Source: Nitrososphaeraceae archaeon
GTDB taxonomy: Archaea > Thermoproteota > Nitrososphaeria > Nitrososphaerales > Nitrososphaeraceae
Assembly: GCA_035697905.1 (NCBI GenBank)
Contig: DASSCH010000230.1
Location: 6,194 to 30,193, forward strand
Reading direction: 5' to 3'
Length of the DNA stretch: 24,000 nt
The notes under the pieces are model-generated. The model saw only the letters and a program-made list of their open reading frames with translations, was not told where the DNA came from and ran no database searches. The stretch's first letter is position 1; every line of letters starts with the position of its first letter. The position numbers were made by a program, and so were the translations under genes. Positions 1 through 7,362 of this stretch are shown here, piece by piece.

Positions 1-288
1 GCGGAATTCATAAGAAGGAATGAGCGATATTTTAGAGCTTACAGCTCAAAGGTGGAGATAATATATCAAAGAGGTGTGGTTACGATGATCGGAGACAATA
101 TGTGGAAGAGTCCTCGAATTGCATCTTTGGCTAGTAGTACCGTGGGTGAGCATGGCATTAACATTCTAAACTTAGATGCACAAGAAGAAACATCAAGAAT
201 ACTAATAGTTGTAGAAGATTCGGGGAACAGCGTAAATAGTGCTATCAGCGCCATCCATTCTCAACGACCTAAGTTTCATGTAGAGTAA
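1..288 (+). CDS. Aspartate kinase, C-terminal ACT regulatory domain (5' end lies outside the window)
   Basis: Frame 1 is open from base 1 to the stop at 286-288. The translated tail (VVTMIGDNM...GINILNLDAQEETSRILIVVEDS...AISAIHS) follows the typical aspartokinase C-terminal ACT pattern (vsvVG.gm...ginI.mis...e..isvvV....a..alH). The family call comes from pattern memory only. Confidence 0.55.
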   Translation, partial: AEFIRRNERYFRAYSSKVEIIYQRGVVTMIGDNMWKSPRIASLASSTVGEHGINILNLDAQEETSRILIVVEDSGNSVNSAISAIHSQRPKFHVE

Positions 289-676
289 CGAAATAATATT
301 GTATCTACATAATATTGCAATTATGGCTTCCCAGAAAAGAAAGTATAAAGATCATATTCTAAATTTATCCTTACAATGATCTCAACGATTTGGTCAATAA
401 TCTGTGCTATTGGAAACATGGTCGATCGTCTGGCGCGATCTGTGGGTCCTTCTTTTAGATGGATTAGGCTAGATGTGGTGAGTCAGAAAAATTGTACTCC
501 TGTAATATATTGTAGGATAGGAACAACACGTGCTCATCACATTGACTACTGCGAGGCCGTGTGCTCTGCCATGAAAATATATCGGTGTAACTTGAGGCCA
601 TCCAGAGGGAGATCTCAACCAATCAGAATGAATGCAGCTTTATTACGGCTGATGTAAAATCGGAAGCAAGATCAGA

Positions 677-1288
677 ATGCTAGGCCAATTTGTAAACGAC
701 TTGAATCCATTACGATGGCTGTCCAAATTTCGGCGAACATCGATCACATATTTGTTATTAATGTTCGGATTTTATCATACCTTGGGTCTTCTTGTTGCCC
801 TTGCCGGTACATTTTTGATACAAACGACTATTCCTGGTTATGTTGAGCCCAATATTCCTCGATATTTTGATTCTGTAGTACTGGCAGGTCCAATTGAAGA
901 GTCATTATTTTTTGGTATACCTTTGTATGGTTTAGCTAACGGAAACGCTGCATTAATTGGAGGCTTGGTTTGGATTTTTCTCCATCTCATTAATACCGAA
1001 GATTTATCCATATTGAGCCTTGCGTATATCAATTGGTTATTTGTAATCCCATCATTTTTTTTCAGTTTTCGAGTGTGGATTTCCGGTAAGGGTTGGTTTG
1101 CAGTGATATCTCACTCGGTTTGGAATTGCTTATTCTTTCTCGCCGGGTGCTATGCTGGTGAATATAGATGCATGCCGTATGAAAATCCGAGCACACTACT
1201 GAGCGGCGCTTTTCTAGCCGCTTTGATAATCCTACTTACCTATTGGTTATATCAAAAGAGGCATTACTTGCTTGAAAGGAAGATATAG
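677..1288 (+). CDS. Polytopic membrane protein, possibly CPBP/Abi-type intramembrane protease family
   Basis: 203-aa ORF with several hydrophobic segments. It has an EE motif (PIEESLFF), FLH, and HSVWN (HxxxN), which resemble CPBP motifs 1-3. The conserved Arg of EExxxR is absent, so the family assignment is tentative. Confidence 0.45.
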   Translation: MLGQFVNDLNPLRWLSKFRRTSITYLLLMFGFYHTLGLLVALAGTFLIQTTIPGYVEPNIPRYFDSVVLAGPIEESLFFGIPLYGLANGNAALIGGLVWIFLHLINTEDLSILSLAYINWLFVIPSFFFSFRVWISGKGWFAVISHSVWNCLFFLAGCYAGEYRCMPYENPSTLLSGAFLAALIILLTYWLYQKRHYLLERKI

Positions 1289-1436
1289 AACAGCATTTTA
1301 GGAGCAACCTAGTATCATAATTCTTCAAATTTGCTTCATGCTGTAGATGACAAATTTGCGATGGGTCATGGATTCAACTACACTCGAACGTTACAGTCAA
1401 ATATTAGTCCTCGTTTACTAATGCTTACAGCTCGGA

Positions 1437-1566
1437 AGCCCGGTCGAGCACGTCATAAACGTGTGCCGAATCTAGTGGCCAAACTTAGTTGAGGGCTAGG
1501 GATTTCAGGCTCTGGATCTACAAGAAAAGAAACCTGAGGACAGCAGTTCGAATCTGCTCCGGGCTA
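1437..1566 (+). tRNA. tRNA-Gln (anticodon CUG) interrupted by three introns. Exons are 1437-1446, 1471-1482, 1500-1515 and 1532-1566; introns are 1447-1470 (24 nt), 1483-1499 (17 nt) and 1516-1531 (16 nt).
   Basis: Acceptor AGCCCGG (1437-1443) pairs perfectly with CCGGGCT (1559-1565); the discriminator is A1566. The T arm is AGCAG-UUCGAAU-CUGCU (1542-1558). The spliced product is 73 nt: AGCCCGG UC GUCU AGUGGCCAA GGAU U UCAGG CUCUGGA CCUGA GGAC AGCAG UUCGAAU CUGCU CCGGGCU A. It carries U8, G10, A14, G18G19, A21, U33, G53-C61 and a G15-C48 pair. A1-U72 is typical of archaeal tRNA-Gln. Each intron sits in a 3-nt bulge / 4-bp helix / 3-nt bulge motif (see finding). CCA is not encoded. Confidence 0.85.
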
Positions 1567-1574
1567 CTCTTCAT

Positions 1575-3176
1575 TTACTGAGCTCTAGGACCCGCATTAA
1601 TGATATCTATCGGCATATCGCCGAACTTCTCGAAGTTTTTGACAAACAGAGAGGCGAGTCTTTTAGCAGATTCCAAATACTTTTGCTTGTCAGACCATGT
1701 GTTAATAGGATCAAGGATATAATCTGGAACTCCAGGACATGACATTGGAATCTCCAAATTAAATATTTCGTGTCGTTTATAAGAAACCTTTTCCAAATCA
1801 CCACTGACTGCAGCTTTCACCATTGACCTGGTGTGCTGCAGGTTCATCCTACTTCCAACCCCATATGGCCCTCCTACCCATCCTGTGTTTATCAAATAAA
1901 CTTTCGAATTATGCTCGGTGATTCTTTTGCCAAGCATGTCTGCATATTCTCTCGGCTTCAACATCATGAACGGTGCGCCAAAGCAATGAGAAAAAGTTTC
2001 TTGTGGTTCGGTGATGCCTCTCTCTGTGCCAGCCAACTTACTAGTGTAACCAGATATAAAGTGATACATGGCGTGTTCCTTTGACAATCTTCCTATCGGA
2101 GGGAGTACTCCGAAGGCATCTGCAGCGAGGAAGATAATAACATCTGGATGGTTTCCTACACTTGGTAAAACGGCGTTTGGAATGTATTCAATCGGGTAAG
2201 CAACCCGAGTGTTTTCTGTCAGCGACTCGTCGTCAAAATCGGGTTTACGATATTGGTCAAGTATAACGTTCTCCATAACTGAACCAAATCTTATTGCATT
2301 CCAAATTTGAGGTTCCTTTGATTTTTGTAAGTTTATACATTTTGCGTAACAACCACCTTCAAAGTTGAAGATGCCATTCTTTGACCATCCGTGTTCATCG
2401 TCTCCAATTAGACGTCTCTCAGGATCGGCAGAAAGAGTCGTTTTTCCTGTGCCTGACAAGCCAAAGAAAAGAGCTGTCCTTCCATCACGTCCTACGTTCG
2501 CAGAGCAGTGCATAGGAAAGATACCTTTGAAAGGGAGCAGATAATTCATTACGGAAAACATTGATTTTTTTATCTCTCCTGCATAGGATGTTGAGCCAAT
2601 CAGTACTAGGCGCTTTGTGAGATTGAGAATGATGAAGGTCTCACTTTTTGTCCCATCTAGTTCTGGGCTAGCTCGGAAATCAATTATAGATATTATAGTA
2701 AATGATGGATTATGACTTAGAAGTTCCGATGTGGTTGGCCGTATGAAAATCTGCATCGCAAAGAGATTGTTCCATGCGTTGTCTGTTATTGTCCTAATCG
2801 AAAGCCTACTCTCTTTCTCTGCTCCAACGTATCCATCGAAGACAAAAGCTTCATTTCCTTCTAAGGATCTTTTCATCCTATTGAATATTCGATCAAATTT
2901 CTCAGGTGACAAGGGGTGATTTATTTTTCCCCAGTCAACCGAGTCATGTGTCAAGTCGTCGTCCACAATATACCGGTCATCAGGAGATCGGCCCGTAAAT
3001 TTGCCAGTTCTGACGGAAAGGGCCCCAGTTGTAGAGAGCTCTCCTTCGCGCCTCTGAATAGCAGCTTCAATTAATGATGGAGGAGGTAAGTTTCTGTGCA
3101 GCTTAGAGAAATTGAAACCCACTTCTTGTAACTGAACGGTACATCTAAGGTCTGCCGCGGATAAGCTGTCATTCAT
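1575..3176 (-). CDS. pckA: Phosphoenolpyruvate carboxykinase (ATP)
   Basis: 533-aa ORF with the kinase-1a loop GLSGTGKTTLS, IGDDEHGW, and the N-terminal TGKFTGRSPDDRYIV motif characteristic of ATP-dependent PEPCK. Confidence 0.95.
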   Translation of the reverse strand: MNDSLSAADLRCTVQLQEVGFNFSKLHRNLPPPSLIEAAIQRREGELSTTGALSVRTGKFTGRSPDDRYIVDDDLTHDSVDWGKINHPLSPEKFDRIFNRMKRSLEGNEAFVFDGYVGAEKESRLSIRTITDNAWNNLFAMQIFIRPTTSELLSHNPSFTIISIIDFRASPELDGTKSETFIILNLTKRLVLIGSTSYAGEIKKSMFSVMNYLLPFKGIFPMHCSANVGRDGRTALFFGLSGTGKTTLSADPERRLIGDDEHGWSKNGIFNFEGGCYAKCINLQKSKEPQIWNAIRFGSVMENVILDQYRKPDFDDESLTENTRVAYPIEYIPNAVLPSVGNHPDVIIFLAADAFGVLPPIGRLSKEHAMYHFISGYTSKLAGTERGITEPQETFSHCFGAPFMMLKPREYADMLGKRITEHNSKVYLINTGWVGGPYGVGSRMNLQHTRSMVKAAVSGDLEKVSYKRHEIFNLEIPMSCPGVPDYILDPINTWSDKQKYLESAKRLASLFVKNFEKFGDMPIDIINAGPRAQ

Positions 3177-3201
3177 CGATTCGTCTTATGCGAGTTTTTG
3201 C

Positions 3202-3211
3202 ATATTTATTT
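3202..3211 (-). promoter_or_regulatory. TATA-like box upstream of pckA (AAATAAATAT on the minus strand)
   Basis: AT-rich TATA-like element 26-35 nt upstream of the pckA ATG (3176). The spacing is consistent with a leaderless or very short-leader archaeal mRNA. Confidence 0.35.
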
Positions 3212-3320
3212 GATTTCCTCGAATTATGGAGTCAGAATCTACCAAATACGTAAAAAGAGTATAAAGAGCAGGTTGAAGAGGAAATTCTTGGCAGGACCGT
3301 AAAGAGCTGATTCATACGAG

Positions 3321-3332
3321 TATAATTATTTA
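3321..3332 (+). promoter_or_regulatory. TATA-like box (TATAATTATTTA) upstream of the J-domain gene
   Basis: Centred about 31 nt upstream of the GTG start at 3357. Confidence 0.35.
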
Positions 3333-3356
3333 TGGGGTCTGCCTGATTATTTAATT

Positions 3357-3779
3357 GTGTCCGATTACTATGACGTGCTGGACCTCCATCAATCGGCATC
3401 CCATGAAGATATCAAAAGGTCATTTAGGAAGCTCGCGTTAAAGCATCATCCAGATAAAAACAGAAACTCGGAAGATTCCAAGAAGAAGTTCATGGAAGTG
3501 GTAGAAGCGTACGAGATCCTATCGGACGACCAATCGAGAAAAGAATATGATCGGGAGTATAAGTATAAGGAATATAACATTAACCGTGAATGGACTCCTC
3601 CTGCAGATTGGCAGCAAGTCTATAGCTATGAGCATTTGAAGAAGGAATACGATCGATCCCACTTTGGTGGAGGTATGTGGGACATCAGCGACAGAGCTAG
3701 TGGAAGCTTGTGGAAGGCTACCTTGTTGTTGTTTGCTGGCCTACTTGGGTTGGTTGCATTCATATTGTGGAGCAGGTAG
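3357..3779 (+). CDS. J-domain (DnaJ-like) protein with a C-terminal transmembrane anchor
   Basis: The N-terminal J domain (DYYDVLDL...KLALKHHPDKN...AYEILSD) contains the HPD motif. There is no Zn-finger/G-F region. The C-terminal hydrophobic stretch is LLLFAGLLGLVAFILW. GTG start. Confidence 0.85.
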   Translation: MSDYYDVLDLHQSASHEDIKRSFRKLALKHHPDKNRNSEDSKKKFMEVVEAYEILSDDQSRKEYDREYKYKEYNINREWTPPADWQQVYSYEHLKKEYDRSHFGGGMWDISDRASGSLWKATLLLFAGLLGLVAFILWSR

Positions 3780-3952
3780 GCAGGTAGTATAGCCTGCAGG
3801 AACTGTATTTTGAGTACATGCCTGTACAGGTAGATTCTTTTTCGAAAAGTATGTATCCTCAATCTTGGTTTTTATTCACCTTTGGTGGCCCCTTAGCAAG
3901 CATATCCACAGAAGGAATAAAAGGGGATCTTAGCAAGGTCTTTTTGATTATA

Positions 3953-4249
3953 TTGAGAGTTGTTGCTGTAGGTAGTAGGGTCTTTGTTACCAGCTTTCAG
4001 TTGGCAGGTGTAGAAGGCATTAAGGCAAACTCTGCGGAGGATGTATTAAATGAGATCGGCAGGATTAGTAATAGCGATGATGTAGGACTGATTCTTGTTA
4101 GTGATGATTTCGGCAAGCAGATTCGATATCAATTAACCGAATTGCGATCCAAAAAGCCAATTCCACTTGTTTTTGAGCTTCCGTCACCTGGAAGCACCAA
4201 AGAAACAGTCGATTACCGCGCTTTACTCAAACAGATCCTGGGGGTATAA
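3953..4249 (+). CDS. atpF: A/V-type ATP synthase subunit F
   Basis: RVVAVGSRVFVTSFQLAGVEG...DVGLILVSDDF...PIPLVFELPS matches the AtpF pattern (aViG...fvtGFrLAG...vGilv..d...P.vv.lp). The ORF is open from 3818, but the conserved domain begins at the in-frame TTG at 3953. The N-terminal 45 codons look non-homologous, so the start is uncertain. Confidence 0.75.
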   Translation: MRVVAVGSRVFVTSFQLAGVEGIKANSAEDVLNEIGRISNSDDVGLILVSDDFGKQIRYQLTELRSKKPIPLVFELPSPGSTKETVDYRALLKQILGV

Positions 4250-4283
4250 TGGAATTTTGGAACTGCACTCTAACGCACCTATT

Positions 4284-5069
4284 TCAATGCCCACTGTCTG
4301 TGGTCTGGAGCGCTTTTCTTCCAAAAATGAGATAGGTTGTATGACCTATCATCCTCATCGCCGGCCGTGTTTTGCCCTCCCTAGCCTCGATGTTCCTTAT
4401 CATCAATTCTGTGGAATCAATGAATACAAAACCGAACTCAGTTAGGGTAGAGGACATTTTTTCTAATTGATTCATTGTAGGGCATATCGCTACGAGGGTT
4501 CCACTCGGTTTTAGTAATTGATACGTCTTCTCGATCATCGTCCACGGATCTCCAATATCAACGATAACTATATCTACGGCGCTACAATTTGCATCTTGAA
4601 ATTGGGTATGATCATGAAACGTAACAAAATCAAACAGGTTTGCCTTTTTGATGTTTTTTTTGGCGATAGCGCTAAATTTTGGATTCACGTCAAAAGTGAA
4701 AACGTGTCCAGACGGTCTAACGATGCTTGCTAAGTAGGTCGTAAGCCCGCCACTCCCGGTGCCAACTTCTAGAACTCGCGAACCACTTGTGAGTCCACTC
4801 CGTATCCCGATATATGCTAGATCCTTGGGGTATACAATTTGAGTTAATCTATCTGATTTCATTACGAAATCATATACTAATGGCTCTAGTAGAACGACCT
4901 TCTTTCCTTTAGAAGACAAAATATGTGAACCAAAATCAGAGCCTACTGCTTCTCCTAAATCGAGGACGCCTAAATGGGTGTGGAACTTCTTTCCAGCATT
5001 CGCCTCTACCAACCAAGTTTTTTGGGGTGAGTGGTAAAGAAGTACGTACGATCCCTCTTTTATTATCAT
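4284..5069 (-). CDS. trmI: tRNA (adenine58-N1)-methyltransferase, TrmI/GCD14 family
   Basis: 261-aa ORF with the SAM-binding motif VLEVGTGSGGLTTYLA, DIGDPW, and an N-terminal beta domain typical of TrmI. Confidence 0.85.
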   Translation of the reverse strand: MIIKEGSYVLLYHSPQKTWLVEANAGKKFHTHLGVLDLGEAVGSDFGSHILSSKGKKVVLLEPLVYDFVMKSDRLTQIVYPKDLAYIGIRSGLTSGSRVLEVGTGSGGLTTYLASIVRPSGHVFTFDVNPKFSAIAKKNIKKANLFDFVTFHDHTQFQDANCSAVDIVIVDIGDPWTMIEKTYQLLKPSGTLVAICPTMNQLEKMSSTLTEFGFVFIDSTELMIRNIEAREGKTRPAMRMIGHTTYLIFGRKALQTTDSGH

Positions 5070-5092
5070 GAATTAACCATATTGTACCGATG

Positions 5093-5102
5093 ATAAAAAT
5101 TA
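5093..5102 (-). promoter_or_regulatory. TATA-like box upstream of trmI (TAATTTTTAT on the minus strand)
   Basis: Lies 24-33 nt upstream of the trmI ATG at 5069. Confidence 0.35.
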
Positions 5103-5212
5103 ATCCCATGTTCTTAACTAATCTACCCGTCTACTATTTAGCGGCGAAAAATTCTAACAGAGAAATTTGTATTGAAATTGTTCGGATTGCGTTAGGGCTC
5201 TGGCCAAGTGTA

Positions 5213-5434
5213 TCAGAAAAGTAGCTTCAAGAATTCACGGATTGACTCATTCCATTCGTACAAATTCGCCCGAGGGCTATCATAAATCCCAGTATCACGA
5301 CTACTAGATCGAGGTGGAAAATACTTCATAGTCAAGTAAAATTCATGAGTCATGATTACTGTTTTTAATGGTTCCTCAAAGTGATCAGAATCAGAATTGA
5401 CGTTAAGTGAACGTCCGCAACATTTCTTTTTCAT
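5213..5434 (-). CDS. Hypothetical small protein (73 aa), weakly supported
   Basis: It is the only ORF in the 460-nt trmI/queC divergent spacer. An AT-rich TTTAAACTAATTT element lies about 15-30 nt upstream on the minus strand. No recognisable motif; it could be spurious. Confidence 0.3.
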   Translation of the reverse strand: MKKKCCGRSLNVNSDSDHFEEPLKTVIMTHEFYLTMKYFPPRSSSRDTGIYDSPRANLYEWNESIREFLKLLF

Positions 5435-5530
5435 CTCAAATGCCTCTTAAATTAGTTTAAAGTCAGTGGAAAAGAATTTGAGAAGCATTTAGGAGGAAAA
5501 GTCCATAATATCTAACCTGATATTTAAAAT

Positions 5531-6244
5531 ATGGTCTCAACGAAAGCAGTTTGCATACTTAGCGGTGGATTAGATTCCGTAGTTGCGGCATTTTATGTTA
5601 AGAAGTTTTGGAATTTTGCGCCATATACTATTACTTTTCATTATGGTCAAAGGTCGACAGAAGAAATGAGGAGAGCAAGGTTATTTTCTATGCTATTAAG
5701 ATCTAAAGTTCATAAGGAGATTGATATAGGCTTCATGAAAGATCTCTACGGCAACGATAACGCCCTAACTACAAAGAACACAATTATTCCAGATAGATTT
5801 CACCAGTCAATAGTTGTTCCGCACCGAAATTCGGTTTTCCTGACGATAGGTGCAGCTTGGGCAGCTAGCTTGAAGATTGGTGTTTTAGTGTACGGGGCAC
5901 ATGCTGATGATCAGAATTACCCTGATTGCCGACCAGTGTTCGTAAGCTCAATCGAAAGCATGTTAAACCAATCTGACATCGATGCCATAAACCTAGGCCT
6001 CCGAAAGCGGATCGAAATCTGGTGTCCAGCGAAAGAGAATATCCATAAGAACGAGCTAGTCAAGATCGGGTACGAACTTTTGGGAGATAAGTTATTCGAT
6101 ACCTGGAGTTGTTATTCAGGCGAATCACGAAATAGTCTAAACAAACAGGTGCACTGTGGTGAGTGCGAATCATGCATCAACCGAAGATTAAGTTTTAACG
6201 AAGCAAATATTCAAGATAAAACGGTGTATGCAACTGGAGCTTGA
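5531..6244 (+). CDS. queC: 7-cyano-7-deazaguanine (preQ0) synthase
   Basis: PP-loop SGGLDS near the N-terminus, plus VPHRN, YPDCR, TWSCY, and the C-terminal Zn cluster CGECESCINR. Confidence 0.9.
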   Translation: MVSTKAVCILSGGLDSVVAAFYVKKFWNFAPYTITFHYGQRSTEEMRRARLFSMLLRSKVHKEIDIGFMKDLYGNDNALTTKNTIIPDRFHQSIVVPHRNSVFLTIGAAWAASLKIGVLVYGAHADDQNYPDCRPVFVSSIESMLNQSDIDAINLGLRKRIEIWCPAKENIHKNELVKIGYELLGDKLFDTWSCYSGESRNSLNKQVHCGECESCINRRLSFNEANIQDKTVYATGA

Positions 6245-6327
6245 CTTGGCTTGCGTTTTCACGTTATTTAGGAGAGTAAATTTCTCCATCAATAGAGTAA
6301 GAATAATATCTGAACAAATCTGTACTG

Positions 6328-6942
6328 GTGATGGAGTCCTATAGTAAGATATTGTTACATGAAAAGGAGAAGGGTAGAACCCTAAACAAAAAGAAAATCG
6401 AGAAGATTCTGAGAAAACTATTGATAGAATTGGGTGAAAATCCCGACAGAGAAGGTCTAATTGGAACGCCGAGAAGAATGGCAGAAGCATTTGAGGAGAT
6501 ATTTGCAGGTTACACAATGAGTTCCGTGCTCGATGTGAGTTTCTCTGAGGAAACCGATGCTATAATTGCCAGAGATATCCAATTTTATAGTATGTGTGAG
6601 CATCATATGCTTCCCTTTTATGGCAAAGTTCACATTGCATACCTACCTGAGGGCAAGGTTTTTGGAATATCCAAACTAACTCGTCTAGTAGAAAAGTATT
6701 CGCGTAGGATGCAAATACAGGAGAGATTAACAAAGCAGATAGCTGAGGAAATAACTAAAATGGGGGTTAGAGGAGTCGTCGTGATAGCTGAGGGCGAACA
6801 CTTGTGCATGAAAATGAGAGGAGTTAGAAATCACAGTGTTGTTGTCACGATGGCACACCGAGGTTTGATGGAGCAAAAGGAGCTTAGAGAAAATATTCTC
6901 GCTCTTATTTCTAATTCGAAACCAGGTTTGAGATCTTTCTAA
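6328..6942 (+). CDS. folE: GTP cyclohydrolase I (FolE type)
   Basis: GLIGTPRRMAEAF, CEHHMLPFYGKVHIAY, RMQIQERLT and the EGEHLCMKMRG motifs. GTG at 6328 is immediately followed by ATG at 6331; either could be the start. Confidence 0.9.
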   Translation: MMESYSKILLHEKEKGRTLNKKKIEKILRKLLIELGENPDREGLIGTPRRMAEAFEEIFAGYTMSSVLDVSFSEETDAIIARDIQFYSMCEHHMLPFYGKVHIAYLPEGKVFGISKLTRLVEKYSRRMQIQERLTKQIAEEITKMGVRGVVVIAEGEHLCMKMRGVRNHSVVVTMAHRGLMEQKELRENILALISNSKPGLRSF

Positions 6943-6981
6943 ACATGAAAGAACATTGAATTTTTCTAATTATCACAAAGG

Positions 6982-6991
6982 CTTATAAAAA
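6982..6991 (+). promoter_or_regulatory. TATA-like box (CTTATAAAAA) upstream of the Zn-ribbon gene
   Basis: Centred about 31 nt upstream of the ATG at 7017. Confidence 0.4.
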
Positions 6992-7016
6992 AGAGTATTT
7001 TGTATAGGTAAGAAGA

Positions 7017-7286
7017 ATGGCAGGCACTATTTTTCGAGTCCAATCTCACAAGTTCAGCCAGGATAATATTCAAACTACTTTGGTTTGTTCTAAGTGCGAC
7101 CAAGTTTTCTCAAAGGATTTCCTGTTAGACTTGGAGGGTCAGACAATCGAATTTAAATGTCCTGTCTGCGGCGCAGCTGGTGAAACCGACCTGCCTTATA
7201 AGAGCGCGGAAGAGAGAGAAGAGCTCGATGAAGACATCGAGGACATTGAAGAAGAAGGCGAGGAAGAATTCGAGGAAGAATATTAG
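7017..7286 (+). CDS. Small zinc-ribbon protein with a poly-acidic C-terminal tail
   Basis: 89-aa ORF with CSKC...CPVC (CxxC-x25-CxxC), followed by the tail EEREELDEDIEDIEEEGEEEFEEEY. It has its own TATA-like box. No family recognised. Confidence 0.65.
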   Translation: MAGTIFRVQSHKFSQDNIQTTLVCSKCDQVFSKDFLLDLEGQTIEFKCPVCGAAGETDLPYKSAEEREELDEDIEDIEEEGEEEFEEEY

Positions 7287-7362
7287 AATGCGAAAGTTCG
7301 ATCATTTACCTCGATTTCGTAAATATCATGGAACCTATTTGCCTATTGCCCGATGACTACAT

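Noticed and set aside
376-657. 93-aa ORF (MISTIWSIICAIGNMVDRLARS...)
   Set aside because: Cys/Arg-rich composition unlike the neighbouring real proteins. No motif and no obvious TATA or SD at the right distance. Treated as non-coding (see finding on 289-676).
289-676. Possible RNase P RNA, SRP (7S) RNA or 5S rRNA in the long spacer
   Set aside because: I could not find the universally conserved signatures on either strand: GAGGAAAGUCC/ACAGAA for RNase P, a GNAR tetraloop plus AGCA loop for SRP helix 8, or the 5S loop motifs. The only helix-8-like piece has an AGAG loop.
4167-4445. 92-aa plus-strand ORF spanning the atpF 3' end and the trmI 3' end
   Set aside because: Overlaps two well-supported genes and is out of frame or antisense to them. 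The translation has no recognisable features.
6188-6517. 109-aa minus-strand ORF across the queC/folE junction
   Set aside because: Antisense to the folE N-terminus and the queC C-terminus. Ser/Phe/Leu-rich shadow translation.
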